Source of the DNA: Alphaproteobacteria bacterium
GTDB taxonomy: Bacteria; Pseudomonadota; Alphaproteobacteria; Puniceispirillales; Puniceispirillaceae
Length of the DNA stretch: 64,000 bases
NCBI GenBank assembly: GCA_038147495.1
Contig: JAYQTT010000007.1
Span: 9,192 to 73,191, forward strand
Direction of reading: 5' to 3'
Positions 48,805 to 57,008 of this stretch are shown here, in pieces. The notes beneath the pieces were generated by a model, which saw only the letters and a program-made list of their open reading frames with translations, ran no database searches and was not told the origin of the DNA. Made by a program: the position numbers and the translations under genes. Position 1 is the first letter of the stretch, and every line of letters begins with the position of its first letter.

Positions 48805-50835
48805 ATGAAAATAGACAACACCAACATCATGGTGTGTGACTGCGGCGGCACAATGGCAATCGATGGCAAAGCCCTCGCCAAAGCCTGCCAGGCAACCGGC
48901 AGCACCGACATTGCCACCAGCCTGTGCCGAGTCCAGACAGACAGACTGGCGACATCGATGCAAGCGGCCGCAACAAACAATGAAAGCCTGATTGTCGCCT
49001 GCACGCAGGAATCTGATGTCTTTGCCGAAATTGCAGATGAAATTGGTGTTCAGATGCCGGGCGTTGTCAACATCAGGGAAATGGCGGGTTGGTCTGATCA
49101 GGGAAACAAAGCAACCGCAAAAATGGCCGCACTGATCAAGCAGGCCACCGTCAAACGGCCAAAAACCCGCAGCATGAGCCTTGAGTCGCACGGCCGCTGT
49201 CTGATTTATGCCGATGCCGCATCAAGCCCTGCAAGCGTTGATGCCGCGCTTGATCTTGGCGCCAAGCTTGATGGAACGCTGGGCGTTACCGTGCTTATTG
49301 CCAATGCCGCAGACGATGTGATGCCGCAACGTCGTCCGGGCATTGTCATGACCGGCACAATCAAAACCGCGAGTGGCCATTTTACAGCCTTTGACCTTGT
49401 CATCGATAAATTTGCCGAGGCCCTGCCCCATGGCCGTGACGCTTTGGCATTTGGTCCCAAAAGCGATGGTGTTCAAACAAGCTGTGACGTGTTCGTTGAC
49501 CTGAGTGATGGCACACCGTTTTTTACCGGCTGGGAAAAGCGCGATGGCTATTTTCGCGTATCCGCTGATGACACTGTTGCTGTGTCAAAGCTAGAGTCGC
49601 AGGTCGCCCCGATGATTGGCGAGTTCGAAAAGCCGATCTACGTCAATTTTGACGAAACGATGTGTGCGCATTCACGAAACCAAATCAATGGATGCTCGCG
49701 CTGCCTCGACGTTTGCCCGGCCGGGGCCATTACCAGTGCCGGTGACAGCGTCAGCATTGATCCAGCGATCTGTGGCGGCTGTGGCTACTGTGGCTCGGTT
49801 TGCCCAACCGGCGCGGCGCAAACGGCCTACCCGCCAGCAGACCAAATCTTGGGCGCAATGGACAGCCTTCTCGAGGCCTATACAGACGCCGGTGGCAAGG
49901 CGCCTTCCCTGTTAATCCATGATGAAAGCTTTGGGCTTGAAGCCATTGAAATGATAGCACGTTTTGGAAATGGGATTCCAGCGAATATGATGCCGCTTGC
50001 GATCCATGACGTGGGCCGCGCCGGGCATGATATTCTGGTCGGGGCCATCGCGCTTGGATACCATCAGGTGTTCATTCTGGCGAACCCGCAAAAGACAGAC
50101 GAAGCCGGCCCACTCGCGGTGCAGATTGACCTTGCCCGAAGCCTGCTTGCCGGCGTCAATGCCGATGCTGATGGCCGCCTCACCCTGATCAATGAGGCCG
50201 ATCCAGATGTCATCGGCAACATCCTTTACCAGACAAGCTGCAAGAGCAATTCCAAAGCCGCACCATTTGGTCCGGTTGGCACGCCGCGGGGAATGCTGCG
50301 GCTGGCGATGCGTGGGCTTGGCACCACCAACAAATCAAGCATGGATGTTATTCCATTGCCGGAAGGCGCCCCCTATGGCCGGGTAAATATCGATATCGAT
50401 AATTGCACAATCTGCCTGTCCTGTGTCAGCGCCTGCCCCGCAGGTGCGCTGCAAGACAATCCAGATGCCCCACAGCTTCTTTTCCGTGAGGATGCGTGTG
50501 TCCAATGCGGCATCTGCGCATCCACATGCCCGGAAAAGGTGATCGAACTGGTACCGCAATTCAGCCTGCTCGACTCGGCGATGGCTGCGGAAATGGTGAT
50601 CGAGGACACGCCTTTTCATTGCACCGGATGCGGCAAGGCTTTTGGATCAACGCGATCTATCGAGCGGGTGATCGCGAAATTGTCTGAACACAGCATGTTT
50701 CAGGCCGAAGGCCGCGCCGATATGCTCAAGCTGTGTGAGAATTGCCGCGTTGAAGCGATGTTCACCCAGAATGACAAATTGCTTGATGTGGGGGACCGTC
50801 CAAAGCCACGCACAACGGATGATTACCTGAATTGA
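48805..50835 (+). CDS. Cytoplasmic poly-ferredoxin: two 2x[4Fe-4S] domains plus a C-terminal CxxC..CxxC module
   Basis: CSRCLDVCPAG, CGGCGYCGSVCPTG, CTICLSCVSACPAG and CVQCGICASTCPEK, with FHCTGCG...CENCRV at the C-terminus and no signal peptide. ATG at 48805 has an aaaagagg RBS. Confidence 0.8.
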   Translation: MKIDNTNIMVCDCGGTMAIDGKALAKACQATGSTDIATSLCRVQTDRLATSMQAAATNNESLIVACTQESDVFAEIADEIGVQMPGVVNIREMAGWSDQGNKATAKMAALIKQATVKRPKTRSMSLESHGRCLIYADAASSPASVDAALDLGAKLDGTLGVTVLIANAADDVMPQRRPGIVMTGTIKTASGHFTAFDLVIDKFAEALPHGRDALAFGPKSDGVQTSCDVFVDLSDGTPFFTGWEKRDGYFRVSADDTVAVSKLESQVAPMIGEFEKPIYVNFDETMCAHSRNQINGCSRCLDVCPAGAITSAGDSVSIDPAICGGCGYCGSVCPTGAAQTAYPPADQILGAMDSLLEAYTDAGGKAPSLLIHDESFGLEAIEMIARFGNGIPANMMPLAIHDVGRAGHDILVGAIALGYHQVFILANPQKTDEAGPLAVQIDLARSLLAGVNADADGRLTLINEADPDVIGNILYQTSCKSNSKAAPFGPVGTPRGMLRLAMRGLGTTNKSSMDVIPLPEGAPYGRVNIDIDNCTICLSCVSACPAGALQDNPDAPQLLFREDACVQCGICASTCPEKVIELVPQFSLLDSAMAAEMVIEDTPFHCTGCGKAFGSTRSIERVIAKLSEHSMFQAEGRADMLKLCENCRVEAMFTQNDKLLDVGDRPKPRTTDDYLN

Positions 50836-50883
50836 CCGACAAGTCGAACGCACCTGATGCAAAATCAGGCACCGCCGCGCCTA

Positions 50884-51873
50884 TCACTGGTCGGCGAGCG
50901 GTAAATTGACCAGCAGGTTCTGCGGCTTCATCCGAAGCACGCCCGCAAGGTCCATGGCCAGCGCCATATAGACGGTCTGCCCTTCCATTTCGGGAGTAAA
51001 GCCGTGTGATGCGGTCAATTTGAACAGGCATAGAATTTGCCGAAGCCGCGCCTCACCAACGTCCTTTGCGTGATACAAATCATTCAGAATGATCGTTGCA
51101 TCGGCATCCAAACCGACATGCCAGCGCCAGTTATCCTCCTCAATCTTGGCAACCGGCAATATAGTCACCTCATGCCCAAGAAAATGGCGCACCCATTTCT
51201 CCATCACGCGGCAAAGCGCGTCCAGCGCGGGTTGCGTGTAGGCGATATCGACCGAGGTATTAAACATGTCCGAGCGCGCCCAATATTCATCGGCATTTTC
51301 GGTGGCGAGAATATCGATCATCACCTCATCTGGACGCTCGCTCTGGGTTAACGCTTTTTGATAGCCGGCATGCAGTTGCACTGTCGCATGGTCCGCAACC
51401 ATAATGCGCCCATCATCAAGGGTCACCGCCTGATGCCGGAACAACAGCTCGGCAGCGCGAAGCTGCATTGGATCTTGTTCGCCATGCAAAATACCGCGCA
51501 GGATGATCTGAACGAGCTGCTCAACAAACAGCGGTGGGATCCCCGTCGGCGCATCGCCTTTGATCAACGCCAAATACGCCGCCTCAAGCGTATCAAAACG
51601 CGCCAAAAAGTCCCTGAATCTAAGGACAGCCTTGTAATTATGCACCACGTCCGGATCGGCCATCTTCGCCAACTCATCATCGCTGACAAGTGAAAACGGA
51701 TCAGCAATCAAGCGGGCGTGCAATGCTCTCTCGGCATCACAGGACTCCTCAACCGGGGCGACCTCATCACGGGCAAAATACGCCGCCATGAAATCGGCTG
51801 TGGGAACGGCGCGCCCTTCTGCGGTGCGCTGTGTGAGGTGCCAGCCTGACGTCATCCAGAAATCATGTGCCAT
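50884..51873 (-). CDS. Conserved hypothetical protein, 329 aa
   Basis: Clean ORF that is the last gene of the same-strand array. No motif recognised; possibly the family annotated DUF6352, but my recollection is weak. Confidence 0.5.
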   Translation of the reverse strand: MAHDFWMTSGWHLTQRTAEGRAVPTADFMAAYFARDEVAPVEESCDAERALHARLIADPFSLVSDDELAKMADPDVVHNYKAVLRFRDFLARFDTLEAAYLALIKGDAPTGIPPLFVEQLVQIILRGILHGEQDPMQLRAAELLFRHQAVTLDDGRIMVADHATVQLHAGYQKALTQSERPDEVMIDILATENADEYWARSDMFNTSVDIAYTQPALDALCRVMEKWVRHFLGHEVTILPVAKIEEDNWRWHVGLDADATIILNDLYHAKDVGEARLRQILCLFKLTASHGFTPEMEGQTVYMALAMDLAGVLRMKPQNLLVNLPLADQ

Positions 51874-51932
51874 TTTAAATCCTGCCCTAGCCGTTACCGC
51901 AACGTTCGAAATGCATGATCGGCGCGGTGTTT

Positions 51933-52427
51933 TCAGCTGTCATCTGCGTCATCATCTTCAACCATCGTCCATATTTTTTGCTCGGCGCAAGAATCGGCCT
52001 TGGGCAGGCTGCGAAATTGTTCGCGAATACCATCCTCGGTCATTTCACGCTGAATACAAAGCAGTGTGCCAGCATCGTGAGACGCGCACAAATCCGCCAT
52101 GAATTTGATCTCCTGAATGGCGGCGGCATGCGCCGCATCGCGCGTTGGTGCGCCAAACGCATCTAGAAACCAGTCGGTGAGTTCCTGCTCCAGATCGTCT
52201 GTTTGCTCCGGCTTGATGTTGGCGACACTGACAAGAGTGGAAAAGCCATGGCTGGAACAGCCAAGAAAGCCATTGGCAAACGCCTGACGCCATTTTCCTG
52301 TTATTTGTTCAGTTGGCATCGCGGCGAAAAGGAAACTGCCGGAAAGCGCCCACTCGCCCTCTTCTGCCGCAGTGGGAAACACATTCAGGTCTGAGGCATC
52401 AAACCTTATCGTGCGGGCAAGCTTCAT
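51933..52427 (-). CDS. Conserved hypothetical protein, 164 aa, acidic C-terminus
   Basis: Its start overlaps the upstream gene's stop (ATGA). No motif recognised; possibly DUF6505, with weak recollection. Confidence 0.5.
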   Translation of the reverse strand: MKLARTIRFDASDLNVFPTAAEEGEWALSGSFLFAAMPTEQITGKWRQAFANGFLGCSSHGFSTLVSVANIKPEQTDDLEQELTDWFLDAFGAPTRDAAHAAAIQEIKFMADLCASHDAGTLLCIQREMTEDGIREQFRSLPKADSCAEQKIWTMVEDDDADDS

Positions 52428-53200
52428 AATGGCCTCAACGGTCCGGTTGCATCGACAAACAAATGTGCGGGCATCGCGATAACCTTACCATCAATGCGTA
52501 ATAACGCCTGTCCGTCCTCATCAAGCCCAACCCAATCGGCAATCGTTCCGGTCTCCAGCTCAACAGCCGTGTCGGTGATGGCGCGGTGATTCCAGGCATC
52601 AAATACCGGGCGGAATCCATCCTCTTCCCAACGATTAAGCCAGGCAAGAAAATGTCTGCAGGATGCCTCGATGATGCGCGTTCCGGAGATTGCCGTCGCG
52701 CTCTCCTCAATCAGTGATGTTTCATCATGTACGCCATCGGCAAGGACCGCCGCCATATCAGCGTCAATGCGCACTGCGACACTGGCAACCATCCAGGCAG
52801 GCTCATCCTGCAATCCCGCGGCAGGGTCAATGCTCACCTGTACAGTACCGGCACGCCCCCGATTAAGCAGAACATATCCGGGGAACAGGTAGTTGACCTC
52901 TACCTCTGGCGGTGCAAGAGCGCCAATCGCATCCCCAACCCCAACCATCATGGCATGGAACATTTGTGCGGCCTGCACCGTTGGAACATCAGGCGCAAGC
53001 ACTACTGAAAAGCGCGCAATTCCGCCTGCTTCTGCATAAAACACTGTACCGGGATCGACCTGAGCGGCCTGTGTCAGCGCGTAGCTATGAAGGTCGCCAG
53101 CGTCAAGCATCTCAGCCTCGACAGCTTGCGCCCGCAACAACGGAGGCAAGCGTGGCTCACCCTCATAATCATCGGGATCAGGCGTGTAATAGATGCTCAT
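52424..53200 (-). CDS. Biotin/lipoate-protein-ligase-like protein lacking the GRGRxGRxW adenylation motif
   Basis: 258 aa. FSVVLAPDVP...VGVGDAIGALAPPEVEVNYLFPGYVLLNRGRAG resembles the BPL/LplA core strands (..KWPND..GKK.GIL). ATGA overlaps on both sides. Confidence 0.4.
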   Translation of the reverse strand: MSIYYTPDPDDYEGEPRLPPLLRAQAVEAEMLDAGDLHSYALTQAAQVDPGTVFYAEAGGIARFSVVLAPDVPTVQAAQMFHAMMVGVGDAIGALAPPEVEVNYLFPGYVLLNRGRAGTVQVSIDPAAGLQDEPAWMVASVAVRIDADMAAVLADGVHDETSLIEESATAISGTRIIEASCRHFLAWLNRWEEDGFRPVFDAWNHRAITDTAVELETGTIADWVGLDEDGQALLRIDGKVIAMPAHLFVDATGPLRPL

Positions 53201-54273
53201 ATTTTCTCCTCCGGCTGCAAATCTGCAACTGCTATCAACCGCCTTGCAATATCACGGAAAACCTTGGCCTGCGGAGATTTGGGCTCGGCCACAACAACCG
53301 GTGTACCGCCATCACCTCCGGCGCGCACGGCGAGTGACAAAGGCACTTCACCAAGCAGTTCGATACCACGCTCTAAAGCGGCAGCGGCGACCCCGCCCTC
53401 GCCGAAGATATGATCTTCACGCCCGCAATCTGGGCATTTCCACAGGGCCATGTTTTGTATCATGCCAAGTATCGGCACCTCGGCCTTTTCGAACATTGTC
53501 AGCGCTTTAACCACATCAAGCAGGGCGATATCCTGTGGTGTCGATACAATCACCGCACCGGCAAGGTTAACCTGCTGCGCCAGTGAAATTTGAATGTCAC
53601 CGGTACCGGGTGGCAGATCCACGACGATAACATCCAACTCTCCCCAAGCGACATTATCCAACATCTGCGTCAATGCCGACTGTACCATCGGACCACGCCA
53701 AATCATTGCGGTGTCATCGGGAACCAGTAATCCCATCGACATCAGCTTGACGCCATAATTTTCCAGCGGCGCAACAACATCACCACCGGCGCTGGCTGGA
53801 CGCCCGCTCACCCCCAGCATTCGCGGCTGTGATGGACCGTATACATCGGCATCCAGAATGCCAACGCGTAACCCTTCCAGCTTCAAAGCCACGGCAAGGT
53901 TGGTTGCGGTGGTTGACTTGCCGACCCCACCCTTGCCCGAGGCCACAGCAATAAACCGCCTGACTTTGCTCTCGATCACTTTTTCGATCACATTGTCATC
54001 GGCGTCTTCCACTGCGGCAGAGCCACTATGCGCCGTAACCATCACCGTTGCGCTGGTCACGCCCGGAATGGCCCGAACAGCGGCTTCGGCGGCGCGACGC
54101 ACAGGTTCCATAGCGGGCCCGCGGTGCGCCGGCACTTCCAAAGCAAAGCTGATATTGGATTGCTTGATCACCAGACCAGCGATCATGCCAAGCGCAACAA
54201 TGTCCTTGCCTTGTGAGGGATCCTCAACCTGCCGCAGGGCATCGAGAACGCTTTGTTCGGTGATGTTGGTCAT
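53197..54273 (-). CDS. Mrp/NBP35 (ApbC) family Fe-S cluster carrier ATPase with an N-terminal DUF59-type domain
   Basis: 358 aa. Deviant Walker A VASGKGGVGKST, CPDCG Cys pair, and N-terminal ITEQSVLDALRQVEDP. Confidence 0.85.
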   Translation of the reverse strand: MTNITEQSVLDALRQVEDPSQGKDIVALGMIAGLVIKQSNISFALEVPAHRGPAMEPVRRAAEAAVRAIPGVTSATVMVTAHSGSAAVEDADDNVIEKVIESKVRRFIAVASGKGGVGKSTTATNLAVALKLEGLRVGILDADVYGPSQPRMLGVSGRPASAGGDVVAPLENYGVKLMSMGLLVPDDTAMIWRGPMVQSALTQMLDNVAWGELDVIVVDLPPGTGDIQISLAQQVNLAGAVIVSTPQDIALLDVVKALTMFEKAEVPILGMIQNMALWKCPDCGREDHIFGEGGVAAAALERGIELLGEVPLSLAVRAGGDGGTPVVVAEPKSPQAKVFRDIARRLIAVADLQPEEKI

Positions 54274-54281
54274 TTTTCCCG

Positions 54282-54539
54282 TCAGTCTTGCGCGTCAGGT
54301 GCCATCAGCTCGGCCGAGACACTGTGACTAAAGTCCAGCGCTTCAATCTGAAGGTCAGCCTTGATATTGATTGTCCCACCCGGCGATATTTTTCCTGCGG
54401 CCACAGCTTTTGCCAGAGCGGTCTCCAGTTCCTGATGAGTGGTGACACCCAACTGCTTCAGAAATTTTCGCATGCTCATTTCAGCGGGTGACATGTCGCC
54501 TTGCGGTTTACGCCCAGTATCCTTCTCACTCATTTTCAA
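54282..54539 (-). CDS. Hypothetical 85-aa protein
   Basis: ORF ending 8 nt upstream of mrp on the same strand. No motif recognised. Confidence 0.4.
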   Translation of the reverse strand: MKMSEKDTGRKPQGDMSPAEMSMRKFLKQLGVTTHQELETALAKAVAAGKISPGGTINIKADLQIEALDFSHSVSAELMAPDAQD

Positions 54540-54626
54540 TCTCCCAACATTTCATTTTCGAGGCGAATTCTTGTCCTCAACATGCGCGTATTTAGGAAGC
54601 CGCCGCCACATCTCGAGACAGCCACC

Positions 54627-55055
54627 CTAGTTTGCGATCGTATCTACATAGGCAAGAATGCGATCGATGTCATCAAGTTGGAGTTTAATTTCCTGCACAA
54701 AGACAGGGCGCGATTTATCACGCTCATCACTCACATCTTCAATCGTCACAAGCGCCGGATGCGGCGGCAATGTGTAAAACACTTCAAACCGGCGGCGCCA
54801 GTCAGCCAGATTTTTCATCGCGGTAAAAGACGGGGTTGATTCGATGCCGCCCTTGGGATTGATATCAGGAACCACATGGCATCGGGTGCAGTGTTCAGCA
54901 ACAATGGATCGGCCTTCGGCGATCAAATCACTGCTCGCGGCGGGAGTGCTGGGCAAAAACCCGATCATAAACATGCCAACAGCCATCGCGCCAAAAACAT
55001 ATGGCTTGCCGCTAGCCTGCCGAAACTCACGGTCAGATAAATACTTCATGATCAT
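54627..55055 (-). CDS. Membrane-anchored monoheme c-type cytochrome
   Basis: 142 aa with an N-terminal TM segment (YVFGAMAVGMFMIGFL) and a single CTRCH heme-binding motif. Confidence 0.6.
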   Translation of the reverse strand: MIMKYLSDREFRQASGKPYVFGAMAVGMFMIGFLPSTPAASSDLIAEGRSIVAEHCTRCHVVPDINPKGGIESTPSFTAMKNLADWRRRFEVFYTLPPHPALVTIEDVSDERDKSRPVFVQEIKLQLDDIDRILAYVDTIAN

Positions 55056-55173
55056 CCCTCCAAATAAATCGCATCAAAATGTTTCTGTCAGGACTTTATC
55101 CTGAAATAGTGGAGTTCATCATCTTGATGGTCGGCTGATGCGCCACACCATTATTCACCCTGAAAACAGACAG

Positions 55174-55482
55174 TTAAACAGTTGGATCAGCCATATGTGT
55201 TCGCAACATGTCCTGATATTGCTTGGTCATGTGATCGATAAATTTTTCCTGCTCGTCGAGTTCAAGCACATTTTTACCGACATGCGCCCCATAGCGTGCT
55301 GCGGCAAACAACATCGCCAACTGTAATTCGGTCGGCACAATCTTTTTGCTGCGCTGATTGGCGAGTGAAATAAACTGGTCAGCCAATCGGACAAAACTAT
55401 CGCCATCAAGAACTTGGCTTCCGGGACTTGCCTGCTCGCGTGTTTCAGGCCGATCATGCCAGTTTGGAAATTCCTGTGTCAA
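55174..55482 (-). CDS. DUF3144-like protein (family from memory)
   Basis: 102 aa; FVRLADQFISLANQ...LAMLFAAARYGAHV pattern. Confidence 0.5.
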   Translation of the reverse strand: MTQEFPNWHDRPETREQASPGSQVLDGDSFVRLADQFISLANQRSKKIVPTELQLAMLFAAARYGAHVGKNVLELDEQEKFIDHMTKQYQDMLRTHMADPTV

Positions 55483-55509
55483 AACAACCTCCGTATCATT
55501 TAGCGAACA

Positions 55510-55959
55510 TTAGCGATGCTTTCTTGCCGCAGAAAGATGGTCTTCTGTCACCGCAGCAGGATCATCCATATCAGCTTGGACCGTCTGTAACCAATCGCCG
55601 ATCTCATTAAAATGTGCGTGAATCTCTGTCTGGTATGCCGCAAAACGTTGAATCAATTCGCGACCAAGAGGCGTCACTACAGCACCGCCATGCGCATTAC
55701 CACCTCGCGCCGTCTCCACCAAAGGCGCAGAAAAACAGCGCTGTAGCGAGTCCAGCAGTGTCCAAGCACGCCGATACCCCATCCCCATTTCGCGTGCGGC
55801 GGCGCTGATTGATCCGTGTTGCTCAATTTTTTCGAGCAATTCGATTTTACCGATACCAATGGTTTGATCACCCACCAACCATTTCGCTCTTATGCCCGGG
55901 GGGCGGTTTACCGCACTCTGTTCTGCCATCGACTCTAACTTAACACTGTCTTTCGCCAT
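55510..55959 (-). CDS. ModE N-terminal-domain-like winged-helix regulator (no Mop/di-Mop domain)
   Basis: 149 aa; IGKIELLEKIEQHGSISAAAREMGMGYRRAWTLLDSL...TPLGRELI matches the ModE/LysR-type HTH N-domain. Confidence 0.7.
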   Translation of the reverse strand: MAKDSVKLESMAEQSAVNRPPGIRAKWLVGDQTIGIGKIELLEKIEQHGSISAAAREMGMGYRRAWTLLDSLQRCFSAPLVETARGGNAHGGAVVTPLGRELIQRFAAYQTEIHAHFNEIGDWLQTVQADMDDPAAVTEDHLSAARKHR

Positions 55960-55996
55960 TTTTGCCGTTATGCTTCACTTGACATAACGGCAAAAA
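55959..55996. promoter_or_regulatory. Perfect 14-bp inverted repeat (tttttgccgttatg-N10-cataacggcaaaaa); candidate Mo-box-like operator
   Basis: Arms at 55959-55972 and 55983-55996. The left arm starts at the first base of the regulator's ATG, in the divergent region shared with the tupA-like gene. Confidence 0.5.
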
Positions 55997-56086
55997 TTTA
56001 TATTTAATCTCTACGGCTATGATCTTTGCCGCGCCGATGACCATACCACATTAACTGACCTTGCATGCAATACAGGTAGCATCTCG

Positions 56087-56911
56087 ATGAAAAAAACCGT
56101 CCTGTCCGCTTTGGCCCTTTCTGCAACCGTTCTCTGTTTTGGCCTAGCAGCGCCGACTGCAAAGGCAGAGTCAATCATCGTACAATCGACAACTTCCACG
56201 GATAATGCCGGTTTCTATAACCATGTCGTGCCTTTATTCAGCCAAACAACCGGCATTGACATCAGAGTTGTCGCCGTTGGCACTGGTCAGGCGCTGCAAA
56301 ATGCGCGAAATTGTGATGGCGATTTGTTGATTGTTCACTCAACAAAGGATGAAATCGCGTTTGTAAAGGATGGATATGGCGTTGCACGTTATGATTTGAT
56401 GTACAATGATTTCGTAATTCTCGGCCCTAAATCTGACCCCGCTGGCATCTCCGGCGCCGCGGATATCCGCGATGCCCTTGGAAAAATCGCAGCCGCCAAA
56501 GCAAGTTTTGCCTCACGTGGTGACAACAGTGGAACCCACAAAGCCGAAAAGCGTCTTTGGGAGACCAGTGCCATTTCAAGGAGGCTTTGTCCGGCAGCTG
56601 GTACAAGGAAACTGGTCGCGGCATGGGGGCAACTTTGAATTACGCCGTACAAACAGAAAGTTATGTCTTGAGCGACCGGGCAACATGGCTTTCCTTTGGC
56701 AACCAGCAGGACCATCAAATCCTTTTTGAAGGCAACCCGCGTTTGTTCAACCAATATGGCGTTGTGACAATCAATCCTGACAAATGCCCAAAGGTAAAAG
56801 TCAAAAGAGGCAGATCGTTTTGCAGAATGGCTATTGTCCGCCGAAGGGCAAGCCCATATCAGCACACTCAAACGGGCTGGCCAGTCTCTGTTTTTTCCGA
56901 ATGCAAAGTGA
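56087..56911 (+). pseudogene. Tungstate/molybdate ABC substrate-binding protein (TupA-like) with two compensating frameshifts
   Basis: Frame 1: signal peptide ..SRGDNSGTHKAEKRLW. Shifted frame from ~56560-56595: SWYKETGRGMGATLNYA..YVLSDRATW..NPDKCPKVKVK. Back to frame 1 at ~56795-56812 (A-run): ADRFAEWLLSAEGQAHISTLKRAGQSLFFPNAK*. The span is 825 nt. Confidence 0.75.
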
Positions 56912-57008
56912 GATTTGCGCCAAACGCTGAGCGAAAACCAAAGAGAGTCCGTGCGACAATTTCTCTGCCTTATTGACAAGCGTTACGTCGATAATCACAT
57001 CATTGTCT

